Part shown: positions 9,700-18,410 of the stretch, in pieces | Layout of the letters: each line of letters opens with the position of its first letter | How positions within the stretch are numbered: the stretch's first letter is position 1 | Assembly: GCA_965116885.1 (NCBI GenBank) | Contig: OZ220741.1 | Span: 3,840,001-3,904,000 of the forward strand | DNA from: Candidatus Latescibacterota bacterium | GTDB lineage: Bacteria; Latescibacterota; UBA2968 | Direction: 5' to 3' | DNA: 64,000 nucleotides | Notes under the pieces: model-generated | Told to the model about the DNA's origin: nothing | The model's database searches: none | What the model saw: the letters and a program-made list of their open reading frames with translations, nothing else | Position numbers and translations under genes: made by a program

Positions 9700-9954
9700 T
9701 GGACTTACCCCGTTTTGGTGTATAACACTATCAATCGTCCATCACCTATGAAAAACGGATGGCAAAGGTTGAGGGGGTTGAAATTTCTACACTATCCACC
9801 AAAGCGATGCTGTTGCCGAATTCTGAATTCTGTCTTGATGCAACTAAACATATAGGGCTTACAGAGCCTGAATTCAGGCCACAAGCAACCGTTTTTCCAA
9901 CCGCAGACTCCCCTCAACCAATTCGGCAACAATATCTAAAACGGGGTAACTTCA
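9700..9954 (+). mobile_element. Fused tandem of two mini-elements with IS3-like termini
   Basis: Left end TGGACTTACCCCGTTTTGGTG (9700), internal partial end TCCACCAAAGCG (9795-9806), right end AAAACGGGGTAACTTCA (9954). Confidence 0.8.
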
Positions 9955-10026
9955 TGATTGTATAGAGTACTAAGAGGCAGGTTACAAGTAATAGGAGATA
10001 ACCACAACAAAGTAAGGAGAAATCAG

Positions 10027-10674
10027 ATGCCAAGTTTTGAAATAAACCTTAAGTGTTTTGAATTTCCTCAGAATTTGAAAGATGAATACGCAAACTTTAG
10101 ATTTGCAGTTGAATTACGATTTTTCAATGCAAGCGGTAAACTTGTCACAAAGGAGACTGTAATACCGAGTTTGGAAACTTTTTGGGAATGTGACACAGGT
10201 GAACAAGACGCACAGAATTACGTACGTGCAACCAATGACGATGGGAAATCCATCAACAAATTTGATATGAATAAAATTGGTGTGTGGGACAGCTTAATCT
10301 TTCATATACCTGACATAAAAAGGCTTCATTCTATTAAATTTACTGTCTTTGACGTAAATCGAGAAGACATATGGAATAAGGCAGAAGGCTTATTAGGTAA
10401 AACCGTTGGAACCGCATTTGATGTAGTTACTGGTTCAGTTTTTAAGAAATTGCCATCTGCTTTATCTTCAATTGTTAAGTCAGACGAAGAAGTTATGAGT
10501 GATTTAGAGTCTGCCTTAATAAAGAAGATCACAGGAGGCGATGGTGACAAGATTCTATTTAGAAAATCAAAAGCATTAGATGAAATAAACTCTGAAGATA
10601 ATTTAACATTAACTGGTAAAGGTAAATATGGAGATTACGCGATAGGTATTGAAGTGAAGGAATATCCCGAGTGA
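10027..10674 (+). CDS. Hypothetical protein, possible C2-like beta sandwich with a helical insertion
   Basis: AAGGAGA RBS; WDSLIFHI...SIKFTVFDVNRED pattern recalls C2 domains (speculative). Confidence 0.7.
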   Translation: MPSFEINLKCFEFPQNLKDEYANFRFAVELRFFNASGKLVTKETVIPSLETFWECDTGEQDAQNYVRATNDDGKSINKFDMNKIGVWDSLIFHIPDIKRLHSIKFTVFDVNREDIWNKAEGLLGKTVGTAFDVVTGSVFKKLPSALSSIVKSDEEVMSDLESALIKKITGGDGDKILFRKSKALDEINSEDNLTLTGKGKYGDYAIGIEVKEYPE

Positions 10675-10690
10675 GGGTAAGCTTCACAAC

Positions 10691-10843
10691 TGGAGTTACC
10701 CCGCCCCATATTGTCCAAGAGGGATCTGCGGTTAAAAAGATAGCTGTTTGTGGCCTGATTTCAGGCTCTACAAGCCCTATGTTTAGTTGCATCGAGAACA
10801 GTATTCGGAATTCGGCAACAGCATCCAAAGCGGGGTAACTCCA
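10691..10843 (-). mobile_element. Complete 153-bp MITE-like element
   Basis: Perfect 14-bp terminal inverted repeats TGGAGTTACCCCGC / GCGGGGTAACTCCA; body is an inverted homolog of 9806-9954. Confidence 0.85.
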
Positions 10844-10997
10844 GAGAGACAAAGAAGGAAATTAAGGAAACGTCAATTTCTTGACAGTGGCGCAGAGATT
10901 TTTTCTGGCAATGATACAGTTGAAACGTATGAGGCACGCCTTTCCAATCCTGTGCTAAACGTCCAGGCAAAAATCGTCCGATTATCGGAGAACTAAT

Positions 10998-11735
10998 GTG
11001 TTAACCCTTAAAAGAAACATTAATGTATTGATTGACTATGACAACGTATCACATATTGACCCCCAGAAAGGATTGAATCACGTAGTTAAGTCGATTTTGG
11101 AAAAGCTCCCTAAAGGCATGTTACCTCACGGCACATATATTGCAGTTCGTCTTTATGGTGGCTGGTATAGATCAAGTCAATTGTCGCGACGTGCCCAAGA
11201 CCTAAGCATCCAAATCAGTCGTCACTACCCGGGTACTCTCTCTTTAGATACCGCCAATATGCGCCGTGTGTTCGTCTTCGTGGAGTTGGCTCGGAGCCTT
11301 TTAGTTGATCCTTCACAGGATATTTTAAACACATATAGAGTGAGGGGTGTACCTAGCAACCTGCGCCCTAAGGCATTTCCGTTCCAAGCTTGTACTCAAA
11401 CTCAAAACGCTCTGTGTCCACTCGCTGGTGCTCACACACTCCTTCAAACCGGCACATGCCCTAATTCCTCATGTGGGGTAAAAATCGCTGATGTAATTAC
11501 TCGACATGAACAGAAGCTAGTTGACACGATGCTTACGGCCGATTTGATTCACGTTGCATCTTCGAGCGCATCGGACATTGTCGTGGTTTCCAATGATGAT
11601 GACCTTTGGCCGGGAATTCGTACAGCTATATCTCTAGGAGCTTTTGTTCATCACATTCATCCTCAAAAGGGGCGTAGCACACCTACTTACTACTCCTCAA
11701 CAGTAAAAAAAAATTATTCTCAATATTCTTTTTAA
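10998..11735 (+). CDS. NYN domain (LabA/DUF88, PIN-like) ribonuclease with a Cys-rich insertion
   Basis: VLIDYDNV, EQKLVDTMLTADL, VVVSNDDDLWP acidic motifs; CTQTQNALC...CPNSSC insertion. Confidence 0.8.
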   Translation: MLTLKRNINVLIDYDNVSHIDPQKGLNHVVKSILEKLPKGMLPHGTYIAVRLYGGWYRSSQLSRRAQDLSIQISRHYPGTLSLDTANMRRVFVFVELARSLLVDPSQDILNTYRVRGVPSNLRPKAFPFQACTQTQNALCPLAGAHTLLQTGTCPNSSCGVKIADVITRHEQKLVDTMLTADLIHVASSSASDIVVVSNDDDLWPGIRTAISLGAFVHHIHPQKGRSTPTYYSSTVKKNYSQYSF

Positions 11736-11747
11736 GGCGGCGATTTT

Positions 11748-14006
11748 ATGAATATAGATGATCTAAAAAAAATTCTGATTGCCTTCGCTGATAGTGAAGC
11801 AGATTTAGAGATGGTTGGTAATGTGTTGGTATTTCAGATTAGAGACGAGATCATAGAAGTGTCTGTCGAACAACATAAAGGTAATCTGTTTATTACCGAA
11901 AACGGAGAAAGAAACAGTGCGTATTCCTGGTTGATAAACCGTGTAGCGAGAATTCCACAACTCGCGGATAGATTACTAGATAATGTTCCTTTCGAGCCAC
12001 ATTTTATATCACCTTCTGGAATGCTACTAGATCAAATTGATGCCAATCCAGAGGACATAGAAAAGAAAGTTGAGGATGTTGCTAACCAAATACCAGATCT
12101 TTTATCTCCCCAAACAGTAGGAACGTCGACGGTTCTCTATTTAACCTCCGATGCGGGTGAGGGGAAGACCACACTCATCAATCGGATAGCGCGAAATCAA
12201 GCACAACTTTACAAGGACCAGAAGACGGACTGGTTACTGATTCCAATCAGCCTTGGCGGACGTTCCTTCTTGACATTCGATGATATTGTAGTTGCAGAGC
12301 TCGTAAACAGGTTACGCTTCCAGTTTTTTTATTATAACGCATTCTTGGAACTAGTGAAACTGGGGGTACTGGTTCCCGCTTTCGATGGCTTTGAAGAGAT
12401 GTTCGTTGAAGGATCATCAGGAGAGGCGTTATCAGCATTGGGGAACCTGATGAATTCTCTCGATTCATCCGGAACAGCTCTAATTGCCGCAAGAAAGGCA
12501 TACTTTGAGTATAGGAACTTCGCTACCCAAGCTAGACTGTTTGATGCTATTCGAGATAGATCAGTTTCTTTTGCTAATATTAAGCTCAATAGGTGGGATC
12601 GAAAACGTTTTCTTAGTTATGCGGAGAGAAGAAACCTTTCAGATAGAGAAACGATATACCATAAAGTTCGTACACGATTAAAACCTGATCATCCTTTGTT
12701 GACCCGAGCGGTCTTGGTAAAACGGCTAGTGGAGGAGGCACAAGATGGAAATGTTGATACTCTACTTGACCGTCTCGGGACTACTCCTGAAGACTACTTC
12801 TTTCAGTTTGTTAATACGCTTGTCGAACGAGAATCTCGCGAAAAGTGGATAGATCGTTCTGGTACACCCCATCAATCTCTGCTGACAACTGAAGAACACC
12901 ATGCGCTACTAGCACTAGTGGCAAAGGAGATGTGGATATCCTCAAGCGAAGTACTCAAAGGAGACTATTTAGATCTGATTGGAGAGTTATTCGCTAGTGA
13001 GATCGGAAAACCAACAGTGATTTTACGTCAAATTGTCAATCGTATCAGGCAGCACTCATTAATTGTTTCTGAGAATGAGGAGTCGTATGCATTTGACCAT
13101 GAAGATTTTCGTAAATTTTATCTCGGGGAGGCATTAGGTACTACGTTGCTAGCAAATGATGATAGGGACATAATTGGGTTTCTGGAAAAGGGGTCTTTGC
13201 CACAGCAAACCTGTGATGCGGCACTATATATGGTAAAGAGGAATGCTGGCGATCTTGGTAAAGTCCTTCGGATTCTCCAGTCGTTGGTCAATTCAAGTGC
13301 TCCCCCATCTTACGTTGTGGAGAATGCGGCATCCATGGTTATAAGATTGCTTGAGTTGCTTACCGGTGATAAGGAAGTTGTCATTAAAGAATTTACGTTT
13401 GCTAGTGATGCCCTTAAGGACCGGAGATTTGGTGAAGTTACATTTGAAGGCTGTCTCTTTCAAGAGACATCTCTCGAGAACACGCATATCAGTAGATGTC
13501 AATTTAGACGGTGTACGATATATCAGTTAGAAATTCCGAGTGACTTTCGGACGGAAGGCACAATAATCGAAGATACTGAGATTTTAGGTATAACTCGTCC
13601 TGGCGAATTGCGTGGCATATATGATCCCGAAAGGATTTGCGAAGAGCTTACTTCGGTAGGATTTGAAGTAAAGAGTATTGAGAACCACGTGACGGTACAA
13701 CAACCAGTATCTGAGGCAGATGAAGATACCCTTCTTGCGGAGCGCGCGCTCAGGGCGTTTATGAGGGCAACGCAAATCAATGAGGGCGTATTCCGACAGA
13801 AGTTTGGTAGAGATGCTAACCGATTCATGGAAATAATTTTGCCGAAGATGATCGGCAAAGAAATTCTTCAGGAGGTTCCATACAGGGGGGGCGGGGCGCA
13901 ACGACGCTTTGGAATATGTGTTCCTATGAGTAATATTGAAGCAGCGGTACCGACGACTTTGGGGTCATTAGATGAGTTTTTGTCATCGGTAAAGCATGGA
14001 GCATAA
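11748..14006 (+). CDS. NACHT/STAND-like NTPase with a pentapeptide-like repeat region
   Basis: Walker A SDAGEGKTT, Walker B LVPAFDGFEE, HPLL, winged-helix FDHEDFRKFYLG, beta-helix-like VTFEGCLFQETSLENTHISRCQFRRCTI. Confidence 0.8.
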   Translation: MNIDDLKKILIAFADSEADLEMVGNVLVFQIRDEIIEVSVEQHKGNLFITENGERNSAYSWLINRVARIPQLADRLLDNVPFEPHFISPSGMLLDQIDANPEDIEKKVEDVANQIPDLLSPQTVGTSTVLYLTSDAGEGKTTLINRIARNQAQLYKDQKTDWLLIPISLGGRSFLTFDDIVVAELVNRLRFQFFYYNAFLELVKLGVLVPAFDGFEEMFVEGSSGEALSALGNLMNSLDSSGTALIAARKAYFEYRNFATQARLFDAIRDRSVSFANIKLNRWDRKRFLSYAERRNLSDRETIYHKVRTRLKPDHPLLTRAVLVKRLVEEAQDGNVDTLLDRLGTTPEDYFFQFVNTLVERESREKWIDRSGTPHQSLLTTEEHHALLALVAKEMWISSSEVLKGDYLDLIGELFASEIGKPTVILRQIVNRIRQHSLIVSENEESYAFDHEDFRKFYLGEALGTTLLANDDRDIIGFLEKGSLPQQTCDAALYMVKRNAGDLGKVLRILQSLVNSSAPPSYVVENAASMVIRLLELLTGDKEVVIKEFTFASDALKDRRFGEVTFEGCLFQETSLENTHISRCQFRRCTIYQLEIPSDFRTEGTIIEDTEILGITRPGELRGIYDPERICEELTSVGFEVKSIENHVTVQQPVSEADEDTLLAERALRAFMRATQINEGVFRQKFGRDANRFMEIILPKMIGKEILQEVPYRGGGAQRRFGICVPMSNIEAAVPTTLGSLDEFLSSVKHGA

Positions 14007-14076
14007 TAACAATGGTCTTTTACAATCAATACGGCGGACAATTTGTGTAAGCCGTTAATGAAAAATTTAGGCAAAA

Positions 14077-14146
14077 TGGAGTTATGGAGGTATCCCGTTT
14101 TGGTGGATCATATCATAAATCACCCATCACTTATGAAAAACTGATG
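14077..14146 (+). mobile_element. Partial mini-element (left end), IS3-like terminus family
   Basis: TGGAGTTA followed by TGGAGGTATCCCGTTTTGGTGGA; the next ~40 bp are homologous to 9723-9761. Confidence 0.75.
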
Positions 14147-14181
14147 TTAGTTTTTCGTCTATGGAGAGGAGAGATAAGAGT

Positions 14182-15945
14182 ATGCCTAAATTGATTACTG
14201 ATAGCCAAGATGAGCAAACACTTGAAGAGTTATTTAGGGATGCAGATCAAATTCATATCCCTATCTTCCAAAGATCTTATATCTGGAAGCAAAAGCAATT
14301 AGATGAATTACTGGGAGATATTCGATTAATTAGATCTGAAGTGGAGGAATCTCAATTTCTTGGTGCAATTGTAGCTTATGAGAGGCCACGCGACACCCAA
14401 ATTGTGGGCAGATTGAGAGCATTGGCTGTTGTTGATGGACAGCAACGGCTTCTTACACTTTATATTTTTGTTATGTGCTTAGTTGAATGTGTTGCAGGTA
14501 TCGATAAAGAGGAGGGGCTAGAGATAGTTCGCGAATTTCTCCTCCTTCCGACTCGGCGAGGGTTAGATATAAATACGCGAGTGATTCCTGCATTTTCAGA
14601 TAGAAGTCAATTCAGAGTACTTTGGGATCGCCTTAACAGTCCAGACGTCCTTCAAGGTCATTTCGCCCCCCCCCCAAACCCTCCACCTCCAAGCGGTGAG
14701 GCTGCTGGCGCACTCGTTAAACAGTATAATCGAATACTCAGATTTTTACGTAGCTCATTGCCAGAGGAAAAAAATAAAAGAATAGAATTTCTTCGCGAGA
14801 TCCTTGATATAATTACACGCCGATTGACCTTTGTTCATTTGAAACTAAACGATGCCTCTTCAGCGACCAAAATTTTTGAGAGGTTAAATTTCCGAGGTGT
14901 TAGGGTTGGGATAGTAGACCTTGTGAGAAATGAGATATTTTCTGGGACCGCAGATGATCCCACTGAAGCCCAGAGAATTTTTGATCATGTATGGCGGCCT
15001 TTCGAGACAGAATTTGAGGGAAGATCAGAGGCGTTTTTCTTTCCATATTGCCTTGTTCAAAACAGCAATATTAAAAAGTCAGAATTGTTTTCACAACTCC
15101 GAGAAACGTGGAAATCGCTAAGTCCTGAAGAGATGGTGGAACATATGAAGCCATTTCAAGGGCCCTTTATGAGCATAGACAGCACTGGTTATTACTCTGG
15201 GTGTTCCGAAATTTCGATGCGCTTAGACCGCCTTGTCAGAATGCGAAGGCCCTCATCTGTTTATCCTTATGTAATGTCCATGCTACACGCAAGAGATAAT
15301 GAAGAGATCAATGATGATCAATGTATTGATATGCTTGATGCACTTGAAACCTTTTTAGTAAGAAGGGCAATTGTTGGATTTGAACCAACTGGTCTGCATG
15401 CTCTATTCAAAGGACTCTGGGTACAACTCCCCGAACATAATTCGACAGGGTTCGTATCTATTGTTACCGAAAAACCTACGATTCAGTGGCCAAGTGATAA
15501 CGATTTGATCGAGGCAATTGAAAACCGCCCATTAGCAAGAACGCATATTTGCAATTATCTTCTTGTTGAATACGATAAAGGCCTAAAAGGTGATGACCCC
15601 ATTACTACTCCAACGATTGAGCATATATTGCCTGTGTCGTATGATACTAATAGTGAATGGTCTGATTTATTTTCTAGAGATCAACATAAAAAATTGAAAG
15701 ATACTTGGGCAAATTTAATTCCGTTATCTTCGCCCATGAACTCCTCGCTACAGGCAGATCCATATTCACAGAAACGTCCGAGATATGGAAACGAATCAAT
15801 GTTTATCACTCCGCGAGATATAGCTGACAGGTGGGAAGATTGGACGCCATATAGCATTGAGGAAAGAGCACAAATCCTTACCGCCTGGGCAATCGCACGC
15901 TGGCCACATACTCTACCTAATTCAGCAGACAACGTCGAATCTTAG
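14182..15945 (+). CDS. DUF262-DUF1524 protein (GmrSD-like type IV restriction endonuclease family)
   Basis: IPIFQRSYIW, VVDGQQRL, IFERLNFRG (DUF262); TIEHILP...WANLIPLSSPMNSSL (HNH-like DUF1524). Confidence 0.9.
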   Translation: MPKLITDSQDEQTLEELFRDADQIHIPIFQRSYIWKQKQLDELLGDIRLIRSEVEESQFLGAIVAYERPRDTQIVGRLRALAVVDGQQRLLTLYIFVMCLVECVAGIDKEEGLEIVREFLLLPTRRGLDINTRVIPAFSDRSQFRVLWDRLNSPDVLQGHFAPPPNPPPPSGEAAGALVKQYNRILRFLRSSLPEEKNKRIEFLREILDIITRRLTFVHLKLNDASSATKIFERLNFRGVRVGIVDLVRNEIFSGTADDPTEAQRIFDHVWRPFETEFEGRSEAFFFPYCLVQNSNIKKSELFSQLRETWKSLSPEEMVEHMKPFQGPFMSIDSTGYYSGCSEISMRLDRLVRMRRPSSVYPYVMSMLHARDNEEINDDQCIDMLDALETFLVRRAIVGFEPTGLHALFKGLWVQLPEHNSTGFVSIVTEKPTIQWPSDNDLIEAIENRPLARTHICNYLLVEYDKGLKGDDPITTPTIEHILPVSYDTNSEWSDLFSRDQHKKLKDTWANLIPLSSPMNSSLQADPYSQKRPRYGNESMFITPRDIADRWEDWTPYSIEERAQILTAWAIARWPHTLPNSADNVES

Positions 15946-15948
15946 AAA

Positions 15949-16100
15949 TGGACTTGCCCCGTTTTGGTGGATAATTTATATAATCCTCATCGCAGACATT
16001 CTTCCATTGCCTACTATGCACCGATGGCCTGCGAAAAGCTGCATCAATCACAGGGTTGAAACACAAGCCCTACACTCTCCACCGAAGCGGGGTAACTCCA
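15949..16100 (+). mobile_element. Complete 152-bp MITE-like element
   Basis: Termini TGGACTTGCCCCGTTTTGGTGGA and TCCACCGAAGCGGGGTAACTCCA; starts 3 bp after the GmrSD-like stop codon. Confidence 0.85.
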
Positions 16101-16432
16101 TCGCTGGACGCAAGGTTGGTATCAAAACCATCGGTCAGAAAATTATCGACCTGGAAGACCAAAAAGAACAAATAGAACAGGAGATGATGGATAATGAATC
16201 AATTCTCGCGGAGCTAAAGCAAAAGGCCGTAAGTGTTGCTCAGATGGCGCAAAAACTTACGACCTTTGAGGAATTATTTGATGAAGCCACACCAGAGGAA
16301 CGGAAAGACCTGTTAAGGCTACATATCAACCACCTGATCTATACCCCTGATGCTATTCAACTGGCCTTGTTTGATTCTGCCAATGAAACGGACAGAATCA
16401 AAGTTCAGCGAGAAGATGTAGTTGGTTGCCCC
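16101..16432 (+). pseudogene. C-terminal coiled-coil remnant of a large serine recombinase reading into the att site
   Basis: IGQKIIDLEDQKEQIEQEM...FEELFDEATPEERKDLLRLHINHLIY pattern; no start or catalytic domain, cut at the MITE end; frame continues antisense through the tRNA to TAA at 16516. Confidence 0.7.
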
Positions 16433-16496
16433 TCAGGGATTCGAACCCCGATACCTGGAACCAAAATCCAGTGTCTTGCCATTAGACGAAGGGGCA
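16423..16496 (-). tRNA. tRNA-Gln(TTG)
   Basis: Acceptor TGCCCCT/AGGGGCA, anticodon arm CTGGA-TTTTGGT-TCCAG, TTCGAAT T-loop, CCA. Confidence 0.96.
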
Positions 16497-16515
16497 ATAC
16501 TGTGTCGCAGGGCTA

Positions 16516-16544
16516 AATATAAATTTTTAGCCGATTACTGGCAA
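16516..16544 (-). promoter_or_regulatory. Sigma70-type promoter of tRNA-Gln
   Basis: TTGCCA-N17-TATATT on the minus strand. Confidence 0.65.
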
Positions 16545-16600
16545 CTTTCTTTTTAGAAATTAGCGATCGGTGGTCAGACAGAATCCTTCTCGGGCGCAAA

Positions 16601-16626
16601 GGGACGGCACGGGGGCCGTCCCCTAC
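16601..16626 (-). repeat. GTAG-type REP element
   Basis: GTAG-GGGACGGC-CCCCGT-GCCGTCCC hairpin. Confidence 0.75.
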
Positions 16627-16660
16627 AACACTATGCCGCGATGACGGTTGTTCCCACTTC

Positions 16661-18340
16661 TCACTTCCCACTTCTCATCCTCGCCCAGGTGTCGCGCAGG
16701 GTAATCGTTCGGTTTAATACGAGTTTTTCATCTGAAGAATCTGTATCGATGCAGAAATAGCCCAGTCGTTCGAATTGGACCACGCTGCCAACTTCTGCCC
16801 CTTTCATGCTCGGCTCGACATAACATACGGGGCGCACTTCCAATGAGTCGGGATTTAAGTTGTCTGTGAAGTCTTTTCCTTCTTCTGTTCGGATTGGGTT
16901 TTCCGTCATGAATAGCCGATCAAATAACCGTACTTCGGCCTTTAGAGCGTGTTTTGCCGATACCCAGTGCAATGTCGAGCGCACCCGGCGTTTATCGGGC
17001 GTTGTGCCGCCGCGGCTTTCGGGGTCCCAGGTACAGCGGAGTTCGATTATGTTGCCGTCGTCGTCTTTTATTGCTTCCTGGCAGGTGATATAACACGCCG
17101 CGCGCAATCGCACCTCGCGTCCGGGCGCAAGGCGGTAAAATTTGCGCGGGGGATCTTCCATAAAATCTTCCCGCTCAATGTACAACTCCCGCGAAAAAGG
17201 CACGGGGCGCGTGCCGGCATCGGGATCTTCGGGATTGGTCATCGCTTCAAATGTCTCTTCTTCATCTTCGGGATAGTTTTCAATGACCACTTTTAAGGGG
17301 TCAATCACGCCCATTACGCGGGGCGCGACTTTGTTCAGGTGCTCGCGAATATAGAATTCAAACAAATCTATTTCCGCGGTTGTATCCCGCCGGTTCATTC
17401 CCACGCGCCAGATGAAATTTTTAATGGCTTGCGGCGGTATCCCGCGCCGTCTCATGCCCGAGAGCGTGGGCATGCGCGGGTCGTCCCATCCGTTTACGAG
17501 ATTGCGTTCGACCAGTTGGGTCAACATGCGCTTGCTGGTCAATGTGTAGGTGATATTCAACCGCGCAAATTCAATTTGCTGCGAGGGAAAGATCTCTAAT
17601 TGCCGGATGTACCAATCGTACAGAGGGCGGTGTTCTGCAAATTCGATGCTGCACAGCGAGTGCGTGACTTGCTCTATGGCATCGGATTGCCCGTGTGCCC
17701 AATCGTACATTGGATAAATACACCATTTGTCGCCCGTGCGATGGTGTGATGTGTGTTTGATCCGATACATGACGGGATCGCGCATGTTCATATTTGGCGA
17801 TGCCATATCGGCTTTTGCGCGCAATGTACACGCGCCATCGGGAAAGTCTCCATTTTTCATTCGCTCAAATAGGTCGAGATTTTCCGACGCGGTGCGATCC
17901 CGGTAGGGGCTGTTTTTCCCCGGCTCTGTTACTGTGCCGCGGTAGTCGCGTATTTCCTGTGGACTCAGGTCGCAAACATAGGCTTTTCCCTGTTGTATGA
18001 GCTCCACGGCATAATCGTAGAGTTGGTCAAAATAGTCAGAGGCAAAGTACAATCCGTCGCCCCAATCAAAGCCCATCCATTTCAAATCTTCCTGGATAGA
18101 TTCGACGTATTCTGTGTCTTCTCGGTCCGGGTTGGTGTCGTCAAACCGGAGATTGCACTGTCCGTCAAATTCCTCGGCGAGGCCAAAGTCCAGACAAAAA
18201 GCCTTGGCATGGCCGATGTGCAGATAGCCATTTGGCTCTGGGGGAAAGCGCGTTACGATTTTTTTGTGTTTGCCATTTTTTACGTCTTCGCGAACAATTT
18301 CTCGGATAAAATCCGTTGGTGTGTCTTCGGTTGTTGCCAT
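16661..18340 (-). CDS. glnS: Glutamine--tRNA ligase
   Basis: [32 protein letters not shown]. Confidence 0.97.
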   Translation of the reverse strand: MATTEDTPTDFIREIVREDVKNGKHKKIVTRFPPEPNGYLHIGHAKAFCLDFGLAEEFDGQCNLRFDDTNPDREDTEYVESIQEDLKWMGFDWGDGLYFASDYFDQLYDYAVELIQQGKAYVCDLSPQEIRDYRGTVTEPGKNSPYRDRTASENLDLFERMKNGDFPDGACTLRAKADMASPNMNMRDPVMYRIKHTSHHRTGDKWCIYPMYDWAHGQSDAIEQVTHSLCSIEFAEHRPLYDWYIRQLEIFPSQQIEFARLNITYTLTSKRMLTQLVERNLVNGWDDPRMPTLSGMRRRGIPPQAIKNFIWRVGMNRRDTTAEIDLFEFYIREHLNKVAPRVMGVIDPLKVVIENYPEDEEETFEAMTNPEDPDAGTRPVPFSRELYIEREDFMEDPPRKFYRLAPGREVRLRAACYITCQEAIKDDDGNIIELRCTWDPESRGGTTPDKRRVRSTLHWVSAKHALKAEVRLFDRLFMTENPIRTEEGKDFTDNLNPDSLEVRPVCYVEPSMKGAEVGSVVQFERLGYFCIDTDSSDEKLVLNRTITLRDTWARMRSGK

Positions 18341-18378
18341 TTTAAGACCTTTTGGGTTTTAGTTGTTGGTCCGCCACT

Positions 18379-18404
18379 GGGCGACCACAGGGGGTCGCCC
18401 CTAC
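18379..18404 (-). repeat. GTAG-type REP element
   Basis: GTAG-GGGCGACC-CCCTGT-GGTCGCCC. Confidence 0.75.
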
Positions 18405-18410
18405 GGGGTA

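Larger units (their letters stand above)
7448..16431. mobile_element. Degenerate genomic (defence) island integrated in the 3' end of tRNA-Gln(TTG)
   Basis: Direct repeat TTGGTTGCCC at 7448-7457 and 16422-16431 (tRNA 3' end GGGCAACCA plus one A); AT-richer cargo; recombinase-like remnants at both ends. Confidence 0.85.

Noticed and set aside
9759..9965. Small ORFs 9759-9965, 10559-10852 and 10787-10996
   Set aside because: They lie largely within mini-elements; their mutual similarity reflects the DNA repeat, and they show no transposase motifs.
8089..16100. CRISPR array or integron attC interpretation of the island repeats
   Set aside because: Repeats occur in both orientations with gene-sized spacing and there are no cas genes. 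GTT is at the left end and AAC at the right, opposite to attC (RYYYAAC...GTTRRRY), and no intI is present.
15857..16516. 219-aa ORF as an intact gene
   Set aside because: It is a chimera of GmrSD-like gene overlap, MITE sequence, recombinase remnant and antisense tRNA.
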